DNA of 64,000 nucleotides, taken from NCBI GenBank assembly GCA_965228735.1, contig OZ245838.1:224001-288000 (forward strand), in the 5' to 3' direction. A model generated the notes under the pieces. It saw only the letters and a list, made by a program, of their open reading frames with translations, did no database searches and was not told where the DNA came from. A program made the translations under genes and the position numbers. This DNA comes from Planctomycetota bacterium (GTDB lineage Bacteria > Planctomycetota > UBA1135 > UBA2386). How positions within the stretch are numbered: position 1 is the stretch's first letter; the number at the start of each line of letters is the position of its first letter. Shown here piece by piece: positions 39,667-48,846 of this stretch.

Positions 39667-40268
39667 GGGTCGAGGTGCTCCTGCACGCGGGACAGCACCT
39701 TGCGGCGCGCTTCCAGCACGTGCATCCGGGCCGCGACCGGCGTGCATGCGAGCACTCCCGAGATCGTGGCGTAGTCCATGCCCTCCACGGCCCGCAGATG
39801 CAGCGCGGTGCGCTGGCGGTGGGTCAGGCGTTCCATCGCTTCGTCGACGCGGTCCTGCAACTCACGCGCGATCGCGCCGTGCATCGGCAGTGGGCCGAGC
39901 GTGTCCGGCACCTCGACGTCGCCGAGCGCCGTCTCGGATTGACCCTGGCGCGGTTCACCGCGGCGCCAGCGCGCGGGCTCGGCCGCGAGCCGAACCAGGA
40001 TGCGGAACAGCCACGTCCGCAGCGACGAGTCGCCGCGGAAGCCGGGCAGCCCGCGCAGCGCGCGCACGAGCGTCTCCTGCACCAGGTCCTCGGCCCAGTG
40101 TGGGTCGCGACAGTGGCGCCGGGCGAGCGCCAGCAGGCCGTTCAGGTACGGCTTGACCAGCGGCTGGAACGCGCTGCTGTCGCCGGCCTTCCAACGGTTC
40201 AGCCATTCGCGCTCGGCGGTGGCGGCGGGCGATTGGCTGCGTTGCGGTTGCTGGTCCACTCGGTCCAT
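39663..40268 (-). CDS. ECF-type RNA polymerase sigma-70 factor
   Basis: AEDLVQETLVRA, FRGDSSLRTWLFRI, region 4 EGMDYATIS. Confidence 0.93.
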   Translation of the reverse strand: MDRVDQQPQRSQSPAATAEREWLNRWKAGDSSAFQPLVKPYLNGLLALARRHCRDPHWAEDLVQETLVRALRGLPGFRGDSSLRTWLFRILVRLAAEPARWRRGEPRQGQSETALGDVEVPDTLGPLPMHGAIARELQDRVDEAMERLTHRQRTALHLRAVEGMDYATISGVLACTPVAARMHVLEARRKVLSRVQEHLDP

Positions 40269-40436
40269 CGGTTGGCCATTGGACCCTTGCTGCTGCCGCG
40301 GTGTAAGGGGCGGGCGCCGAATCCTCGGGATTTCGGTCGGCCGTCGCTCGAGGCTGATGGGTGGGGTGTGGAGGCCTGCGGGAATGCCTCTGTTACCTGT
40401 TCGCTGCGAGGGTCTTACGCCGAATCTGCGCCGCGG

Positions 40437-41330
40437 TCACCGGATCCCGAGCGCCGCGAAGTAGCCGAGGTAGAAGTTGAGGATGAACGCGACCGCGACC
40501 GCTCCGGCCCCGAAGTAGGCGATGTTGCCCGCCATTCGCGCCGTCGTGGCGACGTCGCGGGCGGTGACCTCGCGGCGGCGGATCAGGGTCCGATCGAGCG
40601 CGTCCTCGAGCTGGCCGGCGCCTTCGCCGGTCGCGAGGATCTGCCGCGTCTCCCGCATCAGCGCGTCCGAGCTCGCGAGCGCCTCGGCGAGATTGCTGCC
40701 GTCGCGCAACGCGCGCTCCGCGGCGCGCAGGCGCAGCCGCAGGCTCGTCACGGTCACGCTCGCCGTGGCCTGGGCGTGCGCGTCGATGATCGGCACGCCC
40801 GAGGCGTAGAGCGCGTGCAGGGTCTCGAGGTAGGGCAGTTCGCCGAGGCCGGCCGCGAGGGGGCCGAGCCACGGCACCTGCAGCCAGCGATCGCCGCCGA
40901 ACGTGATGCCGCGGTAGATCCACCAACCGAGCAGGCCGAGCACGACCAGCCCGCTGACAACGGCGATGGCGAGCCCGCTGCCGAAGACCTGGGTGCCGAT
41001 GAAGCTCAGCAGCAGCGCGAGCGCGAGCACGACCGCGGGGTAGCGCAGGCCCGCACGCAGCTGGCGGCCGAACTCGGCGCGCTGCCGGCGCTGCCGGGCG
41101 CGCCCGCGCAGGGCGTCCGTGACCCGGCCAGCCGACCACGCCGCGGCGATCATCAAGTTCTCGGCCGCCGAGATCTTGACCCCGCGGCTGCGCAGGATGC
41201 CGTGCACGGCCTGATCGCCGTCCTTCGGATTGCCGCCGAGCGCTTCGATGGCGAGGCCGGCCTCGAGGGCCGAGGCCACGTCATCGTACTGCATGGCGGC
41301 GCGGTCGTTCTCGGCGACGTTCAGCAGCAT
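40437..41330 (-). CDS. Type II secretion/type IV pilus platform protein (GspF/PilC-like), short and divergent
   Basis: LRYPAVVL TM, LYASGVPI, GSNLAEAL, TGEGAGQLEDAL, C-terminal TM. Confidence 0.78.
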   Translation of the reverse strand: MLLNVAENDRAAMQYDDVASALEAGLAIEALGGNPKDGDQAVHGILRSRGVKISAAENLMIAAAWSAGRVTDALRGRARQRRQRAEFGRQLRAGLRYPAVVLALALLLSFIGTQVFGSGLAIAVVSGLVVLGLLGWWIYRGITFGGDRWLQVPWLGPLAAGLGELPYLETLHALYASGVPIIDAHAQATASVTVTSLRLRLRAAERALRDGSNLAEALASSDALMRETRQILATGEGAGQLEDALDRTLIRRREVTARDVATTARMAGNIAYFGAGAVAVAFILNFYLGYFAALGIR

Positions 41331-41389
41331 CGGTGGGGAGTCTCGGGCAGGCGGTCGCGGCGCGCAACGGGCAGGGCACAATGGGACGG

Positions 41390-42706
41390 ATGTGCCGCTC
41401 GTCTCTTGCCGCGTTTTTCCGCTCGGTCCTCGCGATCGGTCTCCCGTTCCTCCCGACGCTCTCGGCCCAGGCGCCTGCAAAGCTGCAGTCGTGGCTCGCG
41501 GCCGAGCTCGCGGAGCTGACGGCGCTCTATCGGCACCTGCACGCGAACCCCGAGCTGTCGTTCCAGGAGCGGGCGACCGCGGCGCGTCTCGCCAAGGAGC
41601 TCCGGGCTGCCGGTCTCGAGGTCACGGAGAACGTCGGCGGCACCGGCGTCGTCGCGGTCCTGCGCGGCGGTGACGGTCCGGTCGCGCTCGTGCGCGCCGA
41701 CATGGACGCGCTGCCGATCGCCGAGGCGACCGGTTTGCCGTACGCGTCGAAGATTCGCGCCGAGAGCGCGGACGGCCGCGCGATCGGGGTGATGCACGCG
41801 TGCGGTCACGACGTCCACATGGCCTGCCTCGTCGGCGTCGCGCGCTTCTTCGCCGCGCATCGCGACGCGCTGCCGGGAACGATCGTGTTTCAGTGTCAGC
41901 CCGCCGAAGAACGTTCGGGCGGCATGAGCGCGATGCTCAAGGACGGGTTGCTCGAACGCTTCCCGCGGCCGGCGTTCGCGCTCGCGCTGCACACGGCCGA
42001 CGATCAACCGGTCGGCAACATCGGCGTGCGCGCCGGGCCGGCGATGGCCAACGTCGACAGTTGTGACATCACGATGTTCGGCCGCGGCGGGCACGGCGCG
42101 CGGCCGCACCTGACGATCGATCCGATCGTGCAGGCCGCACAGCTCGTCTGTGATCTGCAGACGATCGTCGCGCGCGAGATCGATCCGGTGCAACCCGCGG
42201 TCATCACGGTCGGTTCGATCCGCGGCGGCAGCAAGCACAACATCATCTCGGATCGCTGCCATCTGCAGCTCACGATCCGGAGCTACACGCCCGAGGTGCG
42301 CGAGCAGATGCTCGCCGCGATCCGTCGCAAGGCCAAGGCGATCGCGCAGTCCTCGCGCGCGCCGGAGCCGGAGGTCGAGTTCAGCGAGAGCACGCCGGCC
42401 TTGCGGAACGACGCGGAGCTGACCGCAGCCGTGCGCGCGGCGGCCGTGGCCGAGTTCGGCGCGGAGCACGTCGTCGACATCGCGCCGGCGATGGTGGCCG
42501 AGGACTTCGGCCGCCTCGCCGTTGCCGGCATCCCGATCTGCATGTTCCGCCTCGGCACGATCGCGCCAGAACGCCTCGCGAAGATGCGCACCGCCGGCCA
42601 CGTGGCGCCGCTGCACAGCGCCGGTTACTACCCGGACGCCGGGCCTGCGATCGCGGTCGGCGTGCGCGCGATGGTCGCTGCGGTCGTTGCGCTACAGCTA
42701 CGCTGA
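41390..42706 (+). CDS. M20 family amidohydrolase, with signal peptide
   Basis: HANPELSFQE, RADMDALP, MHACGHD, QPAEE, AEDF, PLHS. Confidence 0.93.
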   Translation: MCRSSLAAFFRSVLAIGLPFLPTLSAQAPAKLQSWLAAELAELTALYRHLHANPELSFQERATAARLAKELRAAGLEVTENVGGTGVVAVLRGGDGPVALVRADMDALPIAEATGLPYASKIRAESADGRAIGVMHACGHDVHMACLVGVARFFAAHRDALPGTIVFQCQPAEERSGGMSAMLKDGLLERFPRPAFALALHTADDQPVGNIGVRAGPAMANVDSCDITMFGRGGHGARPHLTIDPIVQAAQLVCDLQTIVAREIDPVQPAVITVGSIRGGSKHNIISDRCHLQLTIRSYTPEVREQMLAAIRRKAKAIAQSSRAPEPEVEFSESTPALRNDAELTAAVRAAAVAEFGAEHVVDIAPAMVAEDFGRLAVAGIPICMFRLGTIAPERLAKMRTAGHVAPLHSAGYYPDAGPAIAVGVRAMVAAVVALQLR

Positions 42707-42718
42707 TCGTCTCCGCGC

Positions 42719-43819
42719 CTAGCGGAAATGCTTGCTGAGCTTCAGCCCCTGGCCCTGGTAGTGCGAGCTCAGGCGGCGATCGCCGTACAACACCTCGGGC
42801 CGTTCCTGCGTCCGCAGGAACTCGAGCTTGAAGAACACCTGGCCGTCCTCGAGCAGGAACGGCACGTCGTGCGGCCGCACTTCGAGCACGGCGCGCGTGC
42901 CCTTCTCACCGCCGAAGCCGTTGTCGAAGAAGCCGGCGTAGTTCGTGCGCAGCTCGCCGATGCCGACGTCGTAGGCGACCATCTCGGCCGCGAGGTGCGG
43001 CGGCACGCGGATGCGTTCCTTGCTCGCGAAGATGTAGAACTCCTCGGGCTCGAGGATCATGCGGCCGTCCGGCGGCTCCTCGACCGACTCGAAGTAGGCG
43101 TTCGCGTCGTGGCCGCCGATCTCCTGCGTGTCGACGATGCCGGTGTAGCGCCGCGCGGCGTAGCCGATCGGCCCCTGGATGTCGGCGTCGCGCCGGGTCG
43201 CGATGCCCATCATCAGGCCGTTGTCGATGCGCAGCTTGTCGGCCGGCAGCGGCTCGCCGCGGTCGTCGAACAGCAGCGGGTTCTCCGCATGCTCGGCGCG
43301 CAGCTCGTCGTCGCTGAGGCGCGCGTCGCCCTCCCCGAACCGGATCTGGCACAGCGACAGGCCGGTGCGCACCTTGACCGGGAAGCTGCGCGGGACGATC
43401 TCGAGGAACAGCGGACCGGTGTAGCCCGGCGGCACCGTCTCGAAGCGGCCGCAGTTGTCGGCGAGCAGGCGCGTGAACAGGTCGAGGCGACCCGTCGACG
43501 ACTTGGGGTTCGCGCGAATGAGATACGGCAGCGGCTGGTCGACGTGCTCGAGCAACGGGATCACGTAGCAGTGGCCCTTCTCGAGCACCGCGCCGTCCGT
43601 GAGGTCGAACGTGTAGAGCGTGATGTCCTCGAGCCGGTCCGCGACGCGGCACGACTCCGGCAGGAAGCCGCTGCGCACGCGATAGCCGCGCGTCGCGAGC
43701 CGCAGATCGAGCGAACTCGGCTGGATCTGCGTGGGCGCGATCGCCGGTTCGGAGGCGAGCGCGCCCGTTTCGATCAGATTGCGAATCTGCTGATAGACCA
43801 GGATGCCGTTTGCCGCCAC
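42719..43819 (-). CDS. dcd: dCTP deaminase (long, two-domain type)
   Basis: IQPSSLDLRL, NPKSSTGRLD, YAGFFDNGFG, VLEVRPHD, YQGQGLKLSKHF; GTG start 43819. Confidence 0.88.
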   Translation of the reverse strand: MAANGILVYQQIRNLIETGALASEPAIAPTQIQPSSLDLRLATRGYRVRSGFLPESCRVADRLEDITLYTFDLTDGAVLEKGHCYVIPLLEHVDQPLPYLIRANPKSSTGRLDLFTRLLADNCGRFETVPPGYTGPLFLEIVPRSFPVKVRTGLSLCQIRFGEGDARLSDDELRAEHAENPLLFDDRGEPLPADKLRIDNGLMMGIATRRDADIQGPIGYAARRYTGIVDTQEIGGHDANAYFESVEEPPDGRMILEPEEFYIFASKERIRVPPHLAAEMVAYDVGIGELRTNYAGFFDNGFGGEKGTRAVLEVRPHDVPFLLEDGQVFFKLEFLRTQERPEVLYGDRRLSSHYQGQGLKLSKHFR

Positions 43820-43829
43820 GCGGTGCAGG

Positions 43830-46343
43830 CTATCCCGGCGTCGGTTCGAATTCCGCGTCGGCTTCGGGAACTTCGGGCGCGTTCCCGGCTGCCGCGGCGG
43901 CACCTCCGACGCTGCTCTGCATGTACTCGGCCAGTGTAAAACTATCCACAGCGACGGCCGCGGCGCGCGCGGTCTCGGCCTGCTTCACGAGGTCGCGCTC
44001 GGCGGTCGTGAGGATGCCGCCGTCGACGGCCTGGTCGAGCAGCTCGGCGGGTCGCGCCTTCGGCAGCCGCCCGGCGCGCATCGCGTCCTTGAGCTTCCGG
44101 ATGACCGGCTCGGCGTCGGTGCACAGCTGCAGCGCGTGCTCGAGGCGGCCGAGTGCGGAGCTCGTGTCGGTTGGCTGGTGGATGCGGTCGGTCAGGCGAT
44201 CGCGCATGCCGCTCGGCGTGAGCAGAACGGCAGCCGCGCGGTGACCGAGCGCATCGCTCGGGCCGCGGCCGAACGGGTTGAGGCGTGCGAGCGGGCCGAA
44301 CGTCCAGCGCAGCGCGTGCCCGACGCCCGGCAGGCGCAGGTTGTCGTAGATGCCCGTGCGCGCCGTCTGCATGCGCTCGAACGCGTGCTCGAGCACCCAG
44401 TGGACGAGCGCGCGGTCCTCGGCCTTCTTGCCTTCGGCTTCGAAGCGACGCAGCGCGGCCGCGCCGAGGAAGAGCCACGAGAACCAGTCGGCGAAGCGAC
44501 CGGTCAGCTTCTCCTTGCGCTTGAGGTTGCCCCCGAGCGTGCCCATGGCCATGTCGGCGAGCAGCGCGAACTCGGCGCTGGCCCAGTCGAGCCGCTGCCA
44601 CAGCCGCTTCGTGCCGCTGCTGCCCGGCGTGAACGACAGCACGCCGCGCGTCAGGCCGTGCACGACCGTGCGCACCGCGTTGGTGATCACGTGACCGATG
44701 TGCGGCCAGAACGCGCGGTCGAAGGCCTGGCCGTCGCCCTTGCTGATCGCGTCGAGCTCCTGGTAGGCGAACGGGTGACAGCGGATCGCGCCCTGGCCGA
44801 AGATCATCAGCGTGCGCGTGAGGATGTTGGCGCCTTCCACCGTGATGCAGATCGGCGTGCCCATGTAGCCGTGCGCGAGCAGGTTCTTCGGGCCGCGCGA
44901 GATCGCCGCACCGCCGAGGATGTCCATGCCGTCGTTGATGACGTCGCGCCAGATCTCGGTCGTGTTGAACTTGGCGATCGCGGTGACGACGGCGGGCTGT
45001 TGCCCGGCGTCGAGCGCGCCGTTGACGAAACGTCGCAGCGCCTCGAGCAGGTAGGTGTTGCCCGCGATGCGCGCGAGCGGTTCCTCGATGCCCTCGAAGC
45101 GGCCGATCGGCAGGCCGAACTGCTGGCGCACGGCGGCGTAGGCCCCGACCGCGCGCGCGACGAGCTGCGTGCCGCCGGTCGCCGTCGCCGGCAGCGACAC
45201 GCCGCGCCCGGCCGCGAGGCACTCCATGAGCATCTTCCAGCCGCGGCCGGCACCGGCCTTGCCGCCGATGATCGCGTCCTCGAGCTTGACGACGACGTTC
45301 TCGCCGGTGGTGGGGCAGTTGTAGAACGGCACGCCCATCGGATCGTGGCGCTTGCCGAGCACGACGCCCTTCGTCGACGTCGGGATCAGCGCGCACGTGA
45401 TGCCCGGGGCCGGGCCGAGGCCCAGCAGGTTCTCCGGATCCTGCAGCTGGAACGCGAGGCCGAGCACCGTCGCGATCGCCGCGAGCGTGATGTAGCGCTT
45501 GTTCCACGACAGCCGCAGGTAGAGCTCGCCGTCCTCGCCGCGGAAGACGACGCCCTTGCTCTGGATCGCGCCGGCGTCCGAGCCAGCGCCCGGTTCGGTC
45601 AACGCGAAGCACGGGATCTCCTCGCCCTTGCTGAGCGCGGGCAGCCAGCGGTGCTTTTGCGCATCCGTGCCGTAGTGCGTGAGCAGTTCGCCCGGGCCGA
45701 GCGAGTTCGGCACCATGACCGTGATCGCGAGCGGCAGCGAGCGCGACGCGAGCTTGGTGACGACCGCGCTGTTGGCCGACGCCGACATGCCGAGACCGCC
45801 GTGCTCCTTCGGGATGATCATGCCGAAGAAGCCGTGCTGCTTGAGTTCGTCCCAGACGGCGGTCGGCAGATCGCGCTCCTGCCAGACCTGCCAGTCGTCC
45901 GTCATCGCGCAGACCGTCTCGACGGGGCCGTCGATGAACGCGCGCTCCTCGTCGGTCAGGTCGGGGTAGTTCGCGGCCGCGATCTTGCTCAGCTTCGGTC
46001 GCCCGGAGAACAGCTCGCCGTCGAGCCACACCGTGCCGGCCGCGATGGCTTCCCGTTCGGTCGCGCTGATCTGCGGCATGAACCCGCTCTTCTGCATGAA
46101 GCGCAGGATGCGATCACTGACGAGCGCCTGGCGCAGCGGCGGCACGCAGAGCACGAACAGCGGCGGCGCGATCGGCAGCCAGAGCCACCACGGCGCGCCG
46201 AGGAGCCACATCAGCGCCGCGGTCGCGGTCGCGAACAGCCACATGGGGGCGGCGAAGAACACGACCGTCGTGAGAACGGTCGCGGTGACCAGCAGGGCCG
46301 GCCAGAACGACAGGCCGAAGGCTCCGAAGAAGTAGTTGTCCAT
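43830..46343 (-). CDS. fadE: Acyl-CoA dehydrogenase (FadE type)
   Basis: N-terminal TMs, VMVPNSLGPGELL, FALTEPGAGSDA, RQQFG, ITVEGANILTR. Confidence 0.93.
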   Translation of the reverse strand: MDNYFFGAFGLSFWPALLVTATVLTTVVFFAAPMWLFATATAALMWLLGAPWWLWLPIAPPLFVLCVPPLRQALVSDRILRFMQKSGFMPQISATEREAIAAGTVWLDGELFSGRPKLSKIAAANYPDLTDEERAFIDGPVETVCAMTDDWQVWQERDLPTAVWDELKQHGFFGMIIPKEHGGLGMSASANSAVVTKLASRSLPLAITVMVPNSLGPGELLTHYGTDAQKHRWLPALSKGEEIPCFALTEPGAGSDAGAIQSKGVVFRGEDGELYLRLSWNKRYITLAAIATVLGLAFQLQDPENLLGLGPAPGITCALIPTSTKGVVLGKRHDPMGVPFYNCPTTGENVVVKLEDAIIGGKAGAGRGWKMLMECLAAGRGVSLPATATGGTQLVARAVGAYAAVRQQFGLPIGRFEGIEEPLARIAGNTYLLEALRRFVNGALDAGQQPAVVTAIAKFNTTEIWRDVINDGMDILGGAAISRGPKNLLAHGYMGTPICITVEGANILTRTLMIFGQGAIRCHPFAYQELDAISKGDGQAFDRAFWPHIGHVITNAVRTVVHGLTRGVLSFTPGSSGTKRLWQRLDWASAEFALLADMAMGTLGGNLKRKEKLTGRFADWFSWLFLGAAALRRFEAEGKKAEDRALVHWVLEHAFERMQTARTGIYDNLRLPGVGHALRWTFGPLARLNPFGRGPSDALGHRAAAVLLTPSGMRDRLTDRIHQPTDTSSALGRLEHALQLCTDAEPVIRKLKDAMRAGRLPKARPAELLDQAVDGGILTTAERDLVKQAETARAAAVAVDSFTLAEYMQSSVGGAAAAAGNAPEVPEADAEFEPTPG

Positions 46344-46866
46344 GGCTGCAGCGCGGGAGTCGATACCTGCGGAGGTATCGGCAGTTCGGGCCGCTGCCCT
46401 TCTCTAGTTCGGGAACGGGCGCTGCCTACGCCGGTTGTGGGCGGTTCGCGGGTTTGCAGGACGGTCGCAATAGTCCCTCGCGACTCGACGAACTCGCCAC
46501 CCGTCCACGCCGCCACGTGGTCCTCATCTTGGTCACAGCATTCATTCATCCGCGCCTGTGCGTTCGCGGCGCCCGAGCCTAGCCCCAGCCCGCCCCGGCC
46601 CGGGCTCCCGCGTTGACATACTGCGGGTCCGTTCAAACGTTCGAACTGCTCATGTGACGTCCATTCATCGCGACGCCGCGATCACGTGGAGCCGCTGGCG
46701 GCGCCCGACCACTGAATCGCAACCCGAAATGACCCGAGAACGGGCATGCCGCGGGCGGAGTAGCGGGTGTTGGGTTGGGCCGTCGGAGCTTGCATCTTGC
46801 ATTCGGAGCGTCGCTCTTGCTGCCTGCGGCGGAGTCGTCGACCGGCTGCGGGCTTGCGTTGGGGTC

Positions 46867-46894
46867 TTGACAGCTTGGTGTCTCGCAGTAGCGT
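46867..46894 (+). promoter_or_regulatory. Putative sigma-70 promoter of the Cys-rich secreted gene
   Basis: TTGACA-N16-TAGCGT, followed by RBS GAGGAG and ATG 46946. Confidence 0.5.
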
Positions 46895-47086
46895 TTGCGT
46901 TTGGATAGCGAGAACAACGCAAGTCTCGTCGAAGAAGAGGAGCCCATGAAAATCAGCCGCACCCGCTTGGCTTTCTGCGCCGTCGTTCTGCCCGTTGCGA
47001 TCGCACTCATGCCCTCGGGGGCGAATTGGGGACCGAACACTGGTTGCCTGTGTGACGCGGACGCGGGGATTCAGAGTTCGTTCGGC

Positions 47087-48511
47087 GGCAAAGCAACATT
47101 CGTTCTGTAAGAGCGAGCCCATAGTCGGCGAATCATTTCACTCAGCGTCCATGGAGAGATAGCGACGGCCAGTCACCCAGTCCTCGCTGATCTCCATGAG
47201 GACCGCGGTGGCGAGCCGGAGAAGAGAGGCGTCGTTGGGGAAGAGCGTCGCAACGCGGGTGCGGCGCAGGAGCTCCTTGTTGAGGCGCTCGAGCATGTTG
47301 GTCGTGCGAAGGCAGCGACGGTGCGTCGCCGGGATCGCGAAGACAGCGAAGCCGTCGGGGACGTTGTCGCGAGCCCACCGGACAAAGTCGGGAGCGGTTT
47401 CCGCGTGATCCTCCAGAAGCCTATCAAGAAGCCGTTCGGCCTCAGGTCGGTCTGGAGCGTTGAAGACCGCACGAAGTCCACGAGCGATCGACGGGCGCAA
47501 CGAGACGGTCGGCACTCGTGGAGCGGCGTTGCGTTGCAGGTGGAACTGGCAGCGTTGCCAGGCGACTCCGGGAAAGCTCGCCGCCAAAGCTTGGCGGAGG
47601 CCAGAGTGGTCGTCACTGACGACGAGTCCGAGCCCGTGCAGGCCACGTTCACGCAGGCTGTCGAGGAAGTCGCGCCAGTGGACCTCGGCTTCCGAGCGCG
47701 ACACGCTGACGCCGAGGACCGAGCGATGGCCTGCATCATCGACGCCCGTCGCGATCAGGACGGCCGCGCTCATGACGGAGCCGGCGTGCCGGACCTTTTC
47801 GTAGCGGGCATCGAGGACCAGGTAGCGGCACCGGCCGAGCTCGCGCATCCGCCACTGCTGCAGCTCGTCGTCGAGTGCCGCGGCGGCCCGGGAGACCTGC
47901 TGGGACGACACCTGTACTCCGCAGAGCTCCTCGGTGATCGCGGCGACCTTGCGGGTCGAGACGCCCTGGACGTACATCTCGGCGACCGCGAGCTTCAGGG
48001 CGCGCTCCGAGCGAATCCCGCGTTCGAGTGCCGTCGGATAGAAGCGCTCGCCGTCGACGGCCTCGCGGACCTGCGGAACGGCGAACTCGATCGCGCCGAC
48101 GCGAGTCGCCACGGTCTTCGGCTTGAAGCCGTTGGCGTAGCCCCGTCGTGACTCGGTGCGCTCGTTTGGGCCGGCGCCCAGGAACGCGGATCGCTCGATC
48201 TTCATGGCCTCGTTCACGAGGACGCGGATCGCGTCCGCGATCCCTCCCAGACCCTGCGTTGCGATGGATTCCAAGACGGTGTCGAGCGTGCTACTTTCGG
48301 ATTGGTGGGTCACTTCGTTCTGCTTTCGTTGTGGTTAACAAAAGCTGAGCGTCGTGACTCGCCGACTTGAAGCATCCGTCCGCGCCGGCGGTGGTCGTCG
48401 CGGTCGGCCTGGCCACTGCACCCAGGGTGCAGCGCCCAGACCAACCGCGACGACCACCGCCGACTGCGTCAAGCTGCCTCGGGCGGTTTACAGAACGCAT
48501 GCTGCACTACC
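47087..48511 (-). mobile_element. IS256-family insertion sequence, 1425 bp, apparently intact
   Basis: 24-bp imperfect IRs 47087-47110 and 48488-48511 (19/24 match); 8-bp target duplication CGTTCGGC at 47079-47086 and 48512-48519. Confidence 0.95.
47138..48313 (-). CDS. IS256-family (Mutator-like) DDE transposase
   Basis: MYVQGVSTRKV, LDARYEKVR, VVSDDHSGL, WQRCQFH, TTNMLERLNKE. Confidence 0.97.
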   Translation of the reverse strand: MTHQSESSTLDTVLESIATQGLGGIADAIRVLVNEAMKIERSAFLGAGPNERTESRRGYANGFKPKTVATRVGAIEFAVPQVREAVDGERFYPTALERGIRSERALKLAVAEMYVQGVSTRKVAAITEELCGVQVSSQQVSRAAAALDDELQQWRMRELGRCRYLVLDARYEKVRHAGSVMSAAVLIATGVDDAGHRSVLGVSVSRSEAEVHWRDFLDSLRERGLHGLGLVVSDDHSGLRQALAASFPGVAWQRCQFHLQRNAAPRVPTVSLRPSIARGLRAVFNAPDRPEAERLLDRLLEDHAETAPDFVRWARDNVPDGFAVFAIPATHRRCLRTTNMLERLNKELLRRTRVATLFPNDASLLRLATAVLMEISEDWVTGRRYLSMDAE

Positions 48512-48846
48512 CGTTCGGCTCGAACTGCGGTGCGAACCTCCCGTCGGTTTCTCTGATCACCTTTGCGCCAGGCTTCGTCCACGGCTCGTGCGATGGTGGC
48601 ACCCCCCCTGCCCGGTTGCGCTCCACTGCGCCGGCGTCGTGAACGTCAAATTCACATCGAAGCCGTTCACGACTATGCGTCACTTGGTTGGAGATCCGTG
48701 GGCGCAAACGCAGAGCACGACGCTTCAAGTAGGCGGCTGTGGGTCCTTCTCTACGGAGACGTGGGAAGTGGGGCACCACCTGACGTTCGCGAACATCTGC
48801 TACTTCGACATTCGGGCTTGGTGCAACTACTGCTCCGAGACCAGCG

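Noticed and set aside
36772..39774. 1000-aa plus-strand ORF (similar cases: 43803..46616, 7581..10274, 9986..12313, 4434..6599, 59864..61906)
   Set aside because: Antisense or alternate-frame shadows of well-supported genes; Arg/Ala/Gly-rich, no motifs; expected at this GC content
46350..46860. Short ORFs and a possible ncRNA in the long intergenic region
   Set aside because: No recognisable protein, tRNA or riboswitch features; an Rfam/Infernal scan is needed to exclude an ncRNA
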